Source of the DNA: Euglena gracilis
Lineage: Eukaryota
Direction of reading: 5' to 3'
Assembly: GCA_039621445.1 (NCBI GenBank)
Contig: CP154954.1
Coordinates: forward strand, 41,905,572-41,969,571
DNA: 64,000 nt
Below the pieces are notes generated by a model. That model was given only the letters and a program-made list of their open reading frames with translations. It did not search any database and was not told the origin of the DNA. A program made the position numbers and the translations under genes. Numbering within the stretch: position 1 is the stretch's first letter; each line of letters opens with the position of its first letter. Positions 1 to 12,700 of this stretch are shown here, piece after piece.

Positions 1-793
1 GGCCATAGTTTCAAAATAGGTGCCCACCGCACATTGGTGGGTGCCGAGAGTATTAGCCACCCATGGACAGGCGTCATATGACGCGCACCACACAGTGGTC
101 CCTTCGTTTCGGCCTCATTCAAGTGCCCCGGCTTTTCATCATGTGTGGGCCGGGGGGTGCGGGCCCGGACGCATTGGGGGAAGGGGCCTGCCGGTGATGC
201 AGCTCCGACGCCATCCTGACGGGCAACTGTGCGCGGGCAGCAGAGATGACGCCCAGGGGTTCCGGGTACGGAACACAGACGCACAGAGAGGGTGGGGTCG
301 CTTTTCCGGGGTGGTTCCCCATGTGTTGCACATACACATGACCCTGGCGATGCGTCCCAGACGAACGCAATGTGTCGCAGGGGGGGGTTGGAGGTGTGGC
401 TGGAGGGGGGCCGTGGGCGGAGAGCGCAAGGTTCACAAGTTCCAGCGCCCGGCCGGGCGAGCCGCCCCCCCCCCCCCGGCCCCTGCGACCGATGCAGTGG
501 TCGCGCAAGGTCGCTCGGGCCCACGCCCTCCCCGCCTCGGGCCCGTCCACCGCCTCCGACCGCGGGGCTGCCTAGTGGCACAGCGGCTTCAAACGAGCCA
601 AACAAATGGTGGGTCACGCCACCTGGTGTTGGGGATCACGCCACCTGGTGTGGGGGTCACGCCACCTGGTGTGACCCCACACCCCTGTTCCATTGGGACA
701 GGGTCGAGCCTTGACGTTGGGCCACCCAAAGCCGCAGCCTGTCGAGTGCTGGCGGAATTGCCGGGCTTTTGACTGGGGGGTGGGGGGGGGCAG

Positions 794-3700
794 CCCGGCT
801 CCCGTGACGACCAGCTGCGGGCCCTCCTGCGGCGGCGGGCCAGCCCGGACGGGGTGGTCATGCTGACGACGTCCACCATCGGGTACCTGGGGCCAGCCTC
901 CGGCCTGGAAGCGGATGGGCTCTGCAGAATGGAGTCAGCGGAGGATCAACATAAAATTCAGCACACGCCCACATTCACGCATTCATGCGCACACACGCGC
1001 GCACACGCACATACACACACAAACACACACGCGCGCGCACACACACCCATGCACAGACACGTATTACGCACGCACGCACGCACACGGACGCCCATGCGTG
1101 CGCACACACAGATAACCATGATGTGAGTTGTCATCCCTAGATTCAAGGTTGGGAACGATGTCCCTGCAGTGTCCATGTCCACATCACGGCAGAGTTATCA
1201 AATTGGATTTCATTTTCTTATTTGCCCATTTCTGTCACCCTTTCAGCGCCATTAGCCCTATCAGCACTATCACCCTGTGTGTTTAATTCCCTTTTAACCC
1301 CCAGAACAACGGGAAGAGAATCCATGGCACCAGCATCGCCTCCACGTTAGGTTTGATACGACCAATGACGTGTTTATTTTGAGACTTTTGTTGATTTTGT
1401 TGTCCTTCTCCGCCATCTTTTTCTTCGCGACTTGTCCCCCCCAGAAGCGTCTTTGAAAAAGCTTGTGCAGTTGTTGGCTTATGTTGTTCACCACACAGGC
1501 TTCTTTCGGATTTCCTCTGGCTTCAGTGTACAAGCAGGGCAGATGGATGTCACAGCAGATGACGTAAGAATGCGAAAACAATTTTTGGCAAAATTGATTT
1601 TTTCTTGTATTTCCCCTTGTCTGGTGACTTTTTCCCTCGCTTTCATTTTTTTTTCAATAGTTTTTCATTTCACTTGCACAATGTTGCATTTATCCCAGTC
1701 TTTCACAATTCCCTCCAAAATGTTCAATTTCCCACAATTCCCTGCAGTTTTTTGAAATTTCCGAAATTTTTTGGAAGATTTCTATAAGTTCTCCCAATAA
1801 ACGGCCATTTTTTAATACTTTCCTCACATTTTGTGTGTGTTTTTTTTGTCCGCTTCCTTAGCGCGATTATGTGGGTCCAAACATGCCCAAACTCACATCC
1901 AACCAATTGTGCCTGTGTTTTGAGGGCTCACCCACACCCCAAATGGAGCGGCAACAGCCACCAATCAGCCAGAGCGGAAGTTGGGAGGTTGTAAACCCCC
2001 CCTCCCTGATAGAAGCGTGGGTGCGCTGATGGCGGACTGCTACCTCTGGCGGCGGGGGCGGCGCTTCTATTTTGACCCTCCCTGCCCAATTTTTGTTGAT
2101 TTCCTTCAAAAATCCTGTCAAATGGGGGGTGTGCTTGTAGTGGACCGCCGCCTTCGACGACGGGGGGGGGGGGTGCGCTTTTATTTGGACCCTGCGCTTC
2201 TAGCGGCCCCGCATTTTTATTAGGGGGGCGGGTTTACCGGCAGACCTGCACCACAGACAGATGGGTATTTAAACGAATACCTGAGTGCCGTGCCATGTTG
2301 AATGTGATGGGCCGGCATTTTCCTCTCCTGGGGGGTGGGCCGAGAGGGGCAGGGGGTTGTGGCCATTTCGTGTTAAATTTTGCCTGCAACCTGGAGAAGC
2401 TCCAGCTGCCTCACTACGTCATCGCTGCACTGGATGCCCCAGCCGGGCCTTCTCAAAGGAGACGGATGGGACTGGGGACTTTGGGGGGGGTGGGATTTGG
2501 CGTGGGGGGTTTGCCCCCAATTTTTTTCAGCATTGGACTGTTTCTGACCCTCCTGGGGCCGACCAGGCTGTTTTTTTAGTCGCGTGCCGATCCCACCCCG
2601 GGGGGGGGGGGGCCTGCCTGGGCAGGCACCCCAAGGCACTCCGGACCCCCCCTCCCCCCGGGGTTGGTAAAAAACAGCCTGGTGCCGACCCCCCTCTCCT
2701 TATAAATCTGCTGGGTGGGATGTCCCCAGAAGTCCAGCTTCTTCCGTACACAGGAACCCTCCATATACCACAGCAGGACGGAATGGAGGAGCGCGGGTGG
2801 TAAATGTTTTTTTTTGTGAATGCATTCGCACATGTTGTCCATTTTTTCCCGACTACTTTACCCAGTTGGGGCACAGGCTGGACCAAAAAATTTCCAGCGC
2901 AAAGGGCTGAAAATTTTTTTTGATAATTTTTTTCTGGAAAAAAGAATTTTGGAAAAAGGGTCTAAAAAATGGCAAAACAAAAGCCTCAGATTTCCCCAAA
3001 TTTTTGGCTGAAGAATCTAAACCCAGCTGCATTTCGTTTTTTTTTGCCCCTTTTCGGGTGCCAGCCAGGCCCGACTGCAGCTGGCTGGACCTCTCACGCA
3101 CGGGGGGGGGTCCAGCCACCAACTGTTTCCCCCATCCAGCCAGCTGGACCCCTCAGGCTGTCAGGGAGGGGCCCTCCAGGAACTCCCAGGTATTCCCCCC
3201 CACATTCCCCCGCTGGAGCCCCCCCCCCCCCCCACATTGCCCAACGCGCCGGAGCAGCCCCGCCCGCCCGATGTACGAGGCCGGCGCGGCGCTGCCCGCG
3301 CCCGTGGCCCCAGCGCCACGCCGCTCCGGCGCCGCTCCGGCGCGCCCTCGCCTCTGTGCCGCCTGCGCGCGGCCTCGGCGGCTCGCGTCGCCTGCCCCCG
3401 CGCCGGGTCACGGCTTCGTCCCCCCCGCCCTGCCCGGGGTCGGTCCGCCCCCCCCCCCTGGCTCAGGCAATGTCACCTCTGTGCCCCCAATTTGTCATCC
3501 CCGCAATTGCACCCCACCCCCCCTGCCCACCCCCCTTTGTCACCCCCGGGATTGTCCCCCCTCCGTGCTGATTTTTCATAGAAGACGAGTTGTTCTGGTG
3601 TCAGTGTTGATGCCAATTTGTCATAGAAGATGTCTTCTTTCAGTGTGAACTCGGTTGTGCAATACGAATGGAGTGATGGATCATATGCTGCTGGAAGAGT

Positions 3701-6700
3701 GGTTGGTTTAAATGATGATGGCCATATATCACGACCATAGCTGAATTTTTGCTGCGTTCACTTGTGTTTCAGATGGTGTTCTTGGTCATTTGGTTTAAAT
3801 GTGGCTTCCATGAGTGAATTGACGCCCTTGGGCATTTGACGCTTCCGGGCAATTGTCACCCCCCTCTGTGCCGGCCAAATTGTCACCACGGGAAATTGTC
3901 ACACCACCTTTGTCGCGCGACAATTGCCCGGGGAGGGGTGGGTATTATGACCGAAAGCAATGCAGAAAGGTTCCGGTTTCCGGTGAAACGTCAGGCCCAA
4001 AGTGGCACAGGTTCCGGCGCTGTGATTCGTGCGGTGCGCACCTTGGGGTGGAGGAACCGCACCAATGTTCGGCAAAATGGGTGAGGTTCGGTCTGCATTT
4101 TTCTGTGACCCGCCGTGGATCCACGCCCTGTTCGTCATCGACTCGGACGTTGTCTTGGAGAGGGTGGCGTCGCTTTTCTTGCAGGGAACTATGGTGAGCG
4201 CCAAAATTACCATTTTTCTCTTATCCCCCCAAAACACACTGCAAACCATTTGAACTGCAAAGCCTTCATTGTCCTCTTAATGTTGAGATTAATTGACATC
4301 AATAATCCCCCAGGAAGGCCTCACCCCGTTTCTCCACCAATAACACGTAGGCAACGACACCAGGAAGGTGTCGGCTGAATTTTCTGGCGGAGGTACTCCC
4401 CAACTCAATATCTCCATTTTCTAGTTCCAGTGTTGTCCAGTTCTATGTTTTTTTTTGTCCCTGAAACAGGGGTCTTCAAAGTATTTGTATTTTGTTCAGT
4501 GAGCATCCATCTGAAGCAACCTACCTCCCGTCTTTGTCCAATGCACACCGTGTCGTTGACACCCCCACGTCAACACCTGGGCAGGGGATTCGCGGCTGGT
4601 TGGGAGGTCTCCGGAACGGCCTTCCTTGCAGTGTTTTTCCCCACCACTGCACTGCGCCCCCCTTCCCGCGTTCCGCAACCCGCTGCCCCTGGTGAACCCT
4701 TCCCTGCGGGACGTGATGTACGCCCAGCGCAGACCCTGTCTCAGAGGGGGGGACCCCGGCCTCTGGGCTGGTTGTTTTCCAGCAACTCATGATCCACCAT
4801 ATGAGGCAGGGCTCTGCCGCACAAAAAATCATGAAGTATCTCAAATCACCAGAAAAAATGTTATTTTTTTCCTGCAATCGCAACTGCCTCTTATCCGAAT
4901 CAAAATGTCATTTACACACAGCCAGAATTTTTTTTGAAAAAGAGGCCATAACCCCCCCCTAATTGTTGAGCGGGTACTCTTGTAGTGGACGCTCGCTTCG
5001 CCAGAGGGGGGTGCTCTTCTGTTTGGGCCCTGCTCTTGTAGTGGACATCGCACACATTTTCCTACAGCGTTCCAGCGCCAGTCAGTTTCCGGTCCCCTCA
5101 ACCTCCCTTCCTCCACCTAAACCGGCAGCCAAGCGCAAATGGCAGCCGAGGTTGGAGGAATCGTTTAACCTCGGGAAGCTTGCCTTTTTGAGGCAAGTTA
5201 CAAACCTTGCCACAATCGCATGGAATGACTTGCCTTCCTTCTGCTTCCATTGGTTTTCCAGGGGGGTGCTCTTGTAGTGGACGCTCGCTTCGCCAGAGGG
5301 AGAGGGGGGGTGCTCTACTATTTGGACCCTGCTCTTGTAGAGGGCATGCCCTACTATTAGGGGGGGGGTTAGTACGTTGATTTTAGGCCGTTTTCAGCCT
5401 GAGTGCCAGGTTTGGAAGCAGGGGTTGTCCCCCCCCAATGTCTACCCCCCCCCCCGGTTGGTGGACGCCATTTCGAAGGTTTGGTCACATTTTTGCCACA
5501 TTTGCAAAAATTTGGCCAAACCTCCAAAAAGCTGTCCACCTGGTTTAAGATTTCTGCTGGCCAAATTGGCCAAAAATGCCATTTTGGGAACTTTTTGGGC
5601 ATAAAGTTGTCAAAGATTCAAAAATTTTCGGCGAAAACGCCGAGATTTCTTTGAAATTGACCTTTTGAAGAATTTGTTGATAAATTGACCTTTTGGGGGT
5701 TCCCAGGAACTCCCCCAGTCCCTGGACTTTTTTTTTTGGGACCCCGACCGACCCGACCCCCAGTCCGAGGATGGTTGGTACCCTATACTCAACGACCCCC
5801 CCCCGGTCGGGGATGGATGTTACCGGTCTTTTTTTGTTGGACATGGGGGGTTGAAGGTTGGACCCCCCCAGGATGGGTGGGGCTCCCCGCCCCCGCAGTG
5901 GTGGAGGGCAGGGAGGGGCCTTGTGGGTCCGCCGAGGGGCGACAATTGTATGTGATCATGGGCGTGTCCCTCAAAAATGACCAGGGGTTTTCTTAAGGAC
6001 CCCCCGGGGGGTCCTCCAGGCGGGTTGGAAAAAGGTGCTGGCCAGACGTTCATTTAGTGCGCCGCGGAGTTTTTTTTTTTCTGCGCCGCGTGCGCCGCGG
6101 CACCGGAAATTTTGTGACCGCCTGCACCACAGAAGATTTTTTTTTGTGCGCCGCGTGCACGGCGGCAGCGTTTCAGGTGCGCCGCGGCAAGAAAAAAGCA
6201 TGTGCCGCGGGAACGTCATTGGTGTGCCGCGGGTGCGTTGTTGGTGCACCGCGGCAGCGTTTCAGGTGCGCCGCGGGTGCGCCCCGGCAAAAATTCGATT
6301 GTGCTCCACGTGCGCCGCGGAAAAAGTTTTTTTTTTGCGCTGCGGCAAACTTCGTCACGGCGCACTAAATGAAAGCCTGGTGCTGGCTGGACCCCCCACC
6401 CACCCTGGGGTGTGGGGTTTTGGGGGGGGGCGGCGGTCCGGCCAGCTGGCAGCTGGACTTTACCTAAAATTCCAGACAAAAAAGCCCAAATGAGCTAGGT
6501 TGGCATTTTTAGCCAAACCTTGGAGGTGAGAATGAAAAGCCGCCCAAAGGTGCCATTTTTTGCCATTTTTTTGACCCCCTTTTCAAGAATTTTGGCGCTT
6601 TGCGCTGAAATTTTTCCGCGCCGGACCGAACTTTGTTTCAGCAGACCCCCCCCCCCCCAGGGGGTGCTGGCTGGCTGGACCCCGGGGGGAGGGAGGTCCC

Positions 6701-9700
6701 CGACTTAGAAAACCCCTTTATAGTGACCCCAAAAAGTGGGTCACTGAGACGGGGGGGGGGGGCAGGGTGTTTGGGTGTTTGGGTGTTTGGGTGGTGGGGT
6801 GAACCCTGCGTTTTAAAGAAAAAACCCCTGATAGGAACTGACTCGTTTTCAAAGAGTGACCAAATTTTATTTTTTGAAAGTCGAAAGTGACCCCTCCCCC
6901 CTGGGTCATTCGAAGTGCCGAAGGTTTTTTTTTTGGGTCCACACGCAAGGGTACCCGCTTAGAGGCCCCCCCTCGGGTTTTCCTCAAAATAGTAAGCTTC
7001 TAATTGGGGGGGGGGTCAGTTTCCTGGGGGTGCGAGGCAGGCTGAACCCTCGGGGGTTTGGGGGGGATGGGTCTCTGAGTTTCTGGATTGCCTAAATAGG
7101 CAGGCTCGCCCCCCCCCCCCAGTTGTGGGCCAAAATTCGCCCCAAAATGGGGCTTTTCTCAGCTTCCGCCGCCGAAGGCTCCGGAGCGCCTTGACCGCGG
7201 GCCCAGGCAGTTTTGGCGACGTGCACAGGGCGGGGGATCGGACCTGGGGGTAGTGCCTGCCCAGGCGCCCAGGCTCCGGGGCAGACATTCATTCAGTGTG
7301 GTACACCAAGGTTGTCATTTTGTGGTTCACGGTGGACACCAAAAAAATATTTGTGGTTCACATCTGGACACCAAAAAAATTTCCCACCTCCTGCCGACAT
7401 TTGCATCATTATTTTTTTTCTAAACAGCAATGAAGCAATCCTCTTTGAACATGTTTGCCCAAATGAAAGCGAAGCAAAATCAAAGGAAATGTCTGGCCTT
7501 GCCCGAAATATGGCCGATTTACGGCCCAAAACAGTGCGGCCAACTGGCGACTTAGCCGTTTTTCGGCCCTGTTTAGGGTAAAAAAAATCAAATTTTCTAA
7601 AATTTCTCGAAAATGGTGGGGAGTCAAAGGAAACGTCCGGCGACCTGAGTTGGCCCTTTGAAGCTCTGTCTAAGCGTATTTTGATTTCCCTGCAAATCTC
7701 TGCCCAGCCAATTTTGGCCATTTTGTACATTTTTGGTCTGTTTTGATTTAGCCGTTTTAGGCCATTTTTGGGTTAAAAGGGGCGAAAAAAATCGGGAAAA
7801 AATCGAAAAAAGAATTTGCCCGAAATGATGTTTCCCGGACCCAGAAGAACTGTTTTTGAGCCGAAAATAAGCGTTTTCCCACCCGCCCCCCCCCCCAGAA
7901 TGGCCAAGATCAGAAGATGGGACCCCTCCCCAATAATGATATTGCCCCCCCCAGTTGAACCCCTCCCAATTATTTTATTCTCACAAAATAATTTACACTT
8001 CAGATGCCCAGATATATCTCCCCTGCCATTTTTCTGCGAAAGAAATCAGGTGACGTGGATACTTTAGCTCCGGAACAGGCTGTTTTTTTTAGTCGGGTGC
8101 CGACCCCGCCACAGGGGGGGGTGCCTGCCTGGGCAGGCACTCCAAGGCACTCCCGATCCGAATCCCCCCAGTAGGGCACACGGCCAAAAGTGCCCTAGCA
8201 CAGACCCTGGAGCCAAAGGTGCCGGGGAGCCAAAAATGGCCTGTTTTCAAAGGAATGTGCCTGGTCGCAGGCCGAAATCCGACCCCGGGGGGGGGTAGTG
8301 CCTGCCTGGGCAGGCACCCCAAGGCGCTCCGGACCCCCCCCTCCCCCCGGAGGTTGGTAAATACCAGCCTGCTCCGGAAATGGCATGTTTTGACAAATTG
8401 ATTGGTTTGCTTGGAATGCTGATAGATAGATTGGAATGCTGAAATACCACCGATGTGCCAAAGATGGAGGGAGGGCGATCTACCTTGTTGCATGAGGATG
8501 CCGGTACACAAAACCTGGAGGATCCCGAGGAATCTGATTTGTGATTGTTTGTAATTGGAGTTACCTTGAGTCAAATCCCATTGGATGACCAACAAAAAAT
8601 TCTCACCGTCTGTACTGAAAAAAAGTTGGAAAGTGCCCAAGGGATCAAACGTCGTTTCCCGTTCATTCCGGCCGAATGGCTGCGTTTCGGGGCACGGCCT
8701 CCGCCCAGGGAAGGGTCGAAGGGGCCTGGCCCAGTCCGACGTGCCGTACAGCCACCTGCTGCCCCTCGAGCAGACCACCGCTGAGGTGGCGCCGCCCTCG
8801 TTTCAGGCTCGCCCTATCCGTTGGCCAGCTCGGTGCAACCCACTATTTGGTCACAGCTTTGCCATTACTTTCAGCCCCTCCCCGGCAGCCAGGGACAGCG
8901 CCTCGCGCCGAGATGACCGGGCCCCGCCCCGCCGATACGTTCAACGCGGGGCTGTTCTTCGTGCCTGCGTCGCCGGCCAGCATCGCGGCGTTCGAGTGGA
9001 TGATCGCCGCGCAAGGGCCCTTCCTGCCCCTCAGGGGACTGCCCCTTCTTGGCTGTCCTGTCTCTAAATCAGCTGTGTGACGGTGCCCCAACCTGAACGT
9101 GTGCTGCGTGCCCCAGGGTCCTGTTTAACCAGCGAGCAGGTTTTTTCAGCCTGGTTCCCTTCCTGGTTGCCTGCTCCGAGAGCACACAAACGGTACCAGC
9201 CCTTTTGCAGGTGCCAAAATTGGCATGTGATGAGCAAAGGACCGGTCGAAAGTCGACTACCCAGCTGAAGTTCTGGGTCTCAAATCAAATCAAACAAAAC
9301 CAAACCAAATCTTTACATTAATTTCTAACTATTTGCGGCTCTTTCTCTTCTTCTGTTTTCTTTGCCTGGGTCGCTCTGCGGAGTCAGCAAAGAGGTAGCG
9401 CCCAATTGACGGGCCTCATGTCGCACGTGACAGGCGCATGCCAGCACATTTGCGCGCATGCCTGAACCCACAACTTGCACTTCTTCCTTCACCGGCACCG
9501 TTGAAAGACCCCTGGGCAAACAGTTTTCCCGATGAAGTTCAGCTGATGTTGTTGATTTAGAAACGCCCTGGCCTTGGGGTCTGCACCAAGCACCTATAGC
9601 TAATATGGCCTAAAATGGCCTAAAATGGCCTAAATCGCCTAAAATGGGAAAAATTCTGTTCAAGCATATTTTGAAGGCAATTAAACAATTTAAACAACAT

Positions 9701-12700
9701 CCTTGCATTTCCAAATTATGATGAACAAAAAAGTGTTATCATCTCGCCGCCTTTCAGGTGGCAATCTCAAAGTTCGACTCATTTTGTTGGCCCAATCAAT
9801 AATAAAAAAAGTGTTATCATCTCGCTGCCCTTTGGGGTGCAAACTCAAAATTGACTTATTTTGTGACTTCTAAACAAATCAAATGTCATTGAAGAAGAAA
9901 TGGTGTGATTGTCATTACGTTGAAATTAGACGGTATGAGTTGTTTCTTCTGATGAACCAAACTGAACAAGGTTGTTTCCACGTTGATTTGCTTTTGCAAA
10001 CAAAGTGAAGCGTCCAGATTAGTGAAGTGTGGTATTACACTTTGAACACAATACAAGGTTTGAGGATTTCCTCAGTTTCCATGTGCTTATTTTTTTCTGG
10101 GTTTCAACAGCTTTGTCCAAAAGTTTCAGCAAGTTTGTCCAAATGGTGTCAATAACCCTGTCCACTCATTGTATTACTAAATAAGAGAAGGTTTGCACAC
10201 GTCATGATGCAGTTTTCGGGACAATAATGTCGCAAAATTATGATTTTCAGAACCCCCACCTATACCTAAAATGGGTGGCCTAAAATGGCCTAAAATGGTC
10301 TTAAATGGCCGAAAATGGCCTAAAATGGCCGAAAATGGCCGAAAATGGGGGAATTTTTGGGCTTGACTATAGGCTATAGATAGGTGCTTGGTCTGCACCA
10401 TCTTGCCCAGGGTCGGAGTGAGATTCTGTGTTAACCCTCCACCAACCCTCTTGCGCGGCAAGGCTCAGGGGGCTGATCTGCCAAAACAAGAACCAAAATT
10501 GAAGGGAGAAAAATGTGGCAGAAGCACAACCGCCAGGGTCGTCGGCCCGACGATGTTATTCATCGCCTCGCACGCCCAGTGCCTTTTCTTTTGCCACCCC
10601 TCCCCCTTTCCTGTGTTGGCCGACCCCTTTCGCTGCGAGGCCCATCCATCTCCAGTACCATGTTCCGAAAATACGAAAACTGGTATCATTTTAGAATCAA
10701 AATCAAATTTTGCTTCCATGTACGTTTTTGGGGGTTGGGTCGTTGGAAAAAAAAGTGGGCGGGCCGGCCCCGGGAAGGGAAGGGGCCGTGCCGGGGAGGT
10801 GGATGCCGGCCGGGTCACCACTGATGACCAGCCGCTCTACAACCGCGCCTTCTGCGCCGCCCCCCGCCGGCCACCGTCCCCAGCCCCCCCCCCCCCCCCA
10901 GGAGGGGGCTTGTTAATAATGGGGTTTTGGGGGTAGAGAACCTACCGACCTGCTGGTTCCGGGGGCTGGTCGCACTTTTTGGCGCGCCTGTTTTCTTGGA
11001 TTTGACGCTTCCCCGATAATCATGCCCGCTGCCCCGATATATACCGAAAAATTGCCAAAATTTTGCTATTCTGGGGTGTTGACCAGCAGTGCTTCTGACA
11101 ATAATGGGGTTTTGGGGGTGAGGAAACCAGCTGACCTGGTCCCGGGGGGGCTGGTCGCACACCCCCCCCCCCATTTCCTGGCCTGGCCTGGGTTGGTGGG
11201 TGGGTGGGTGGGTGGGTGCGGGGGCCGCCCCACGGCCGGCGCAACGCGACGACGTGCCACTTCACCGCCCCGGCGTCCACGGCGTCGCTGGAGGTCCGGT
11301 TCTGGCCGCAGATGATGGCGGCGAACGGCGCGGTGGACGGCCGGGGGTCCGCGGTGCCGCGGGCCCCATTTTGGTCCGTCCGGCCGGGCACCCCCCCCCC
11401 CTCCCCGGCAGGGTGTCGCCAGGGCATGTCCTCACTGGCCTGGAAGGTACCCCCCCCCTTGTCTAAGCACCAACCCCCCCCCGGTTCTTACCCATCTTTT
11501 TAAAGGTCATCGTTCCGGGAGGTTTATTTTGTGTGCATTTTTAAGGGAAATTTCTCAAAAAATTCGAAATTTCTGCAACTTCTGAGACCTGATTTGGTGA
11601 GGTATTGTTGATTTCTGCCTCCAAATTTGTGTAAGTTCAACAGCGGACCTCCAAAATAAGGGGAATTTTTTCTTTTCGGCGCGAAGCGAAGCCGGATTTT
11701 TTTTTTGCAGTTAAATTTTTGCTCCTTGTCTAAGCACCACCCCCTGGTTCTTACCCATATTTTGGCAAAATAAGCCCCCCGGTTCTTACCCATCTTTTCC
11801 GGTGCTTAGACAAGGGGGGGGGAGGTATGTCAGCATGCAAATCCACATGCACAAAAAGTGCACACCGACAACGAAGAGAGGGGAGGGGGAGGGAGGGAGG
11901 GAGGCACACAGCCGAGTTTATCTCTGGGGGAACTATAACACCGAAACGTGGCACCGCCCCCCCCCCCCCGCCCCCAATGTGTTGGCCTCTGGTTTGTGTT
12001 ATTATAAGCCAGTTTGCCAACTGTGATGCCATGAGGGCTGAAGCCAGCTTCGCGGCCGGGGGAGCAGGAACTGCCAAGCGGAGTTGCGCGTCGATGCCTT
12101 AACAGATCAACTGCCCCTTGGACACAGACCTTGCCCCTGTCCAATGGCTGCCCTGTGGCCAGTGATCACCCCTGATCAACGGACCGGAGGGGCCCCTGAC
12201 CCCCTGTCGCGAGAGAGGGGGCGGAGGCTGGGGTGTTTGTGGGGACCCCCCGCGGCCCAGCGCGCGCCGCCGGGGCCATCCAGCGGCGGGGCTTCTTCTC
12301 CTTTGCCTACCGGGGGCTGCGGCCGGTGCTGCCGGGGCAGATGTCGCTGCACAACAACTGCATCAAGGCCGGGCTTGCATTTCGGAAGACCCCCCCCCCC
12401 GGTCTTCACCGGGTGTCCGCGGCAGAACCTTCCCGGGGGCCTGGGAATGGGTCCAGCCAATAAAAAAGTCTGGTGTTTTTTTTTAAAAAAAACAATGGGC
12501 AAAATGGTAGATCATTGGTCGTTGTAGGTTTTTTGTGGCAAAAACTGAAAATATGTGCAGGGCTCCAGAAATCAGGGGAAATGGTCAGAACGATCCGAAA
12601 ATGAGTTCAAGGCCTGGTTTTTTTTGTTGATCCTTTTGCAACTCCCCCTCTTGCCCCCCCCCCCCGAGGTCCCTTGGCAGGTGGCCTCCTGTGGGTCTAA

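Larger units (their letters stand above)
4727..8733 (+). other. Nonconventional intron (GC...CA), about 4 kb
   Basis: CAGACCCT/GGGGCCTG stem at +4/-6; flanks GCCCAGCG and GCCCAGTC; removal gives YAQSDVPY. Confidence 0.75.

Noticed and set aside
741-793. Possible upstream coding segment VECWRNCRAFDW of the GT77 gene
   Set aside because: One base out of frame with the next exon across a G-run; could be a homopolymer error or another intron, so left out of the model.
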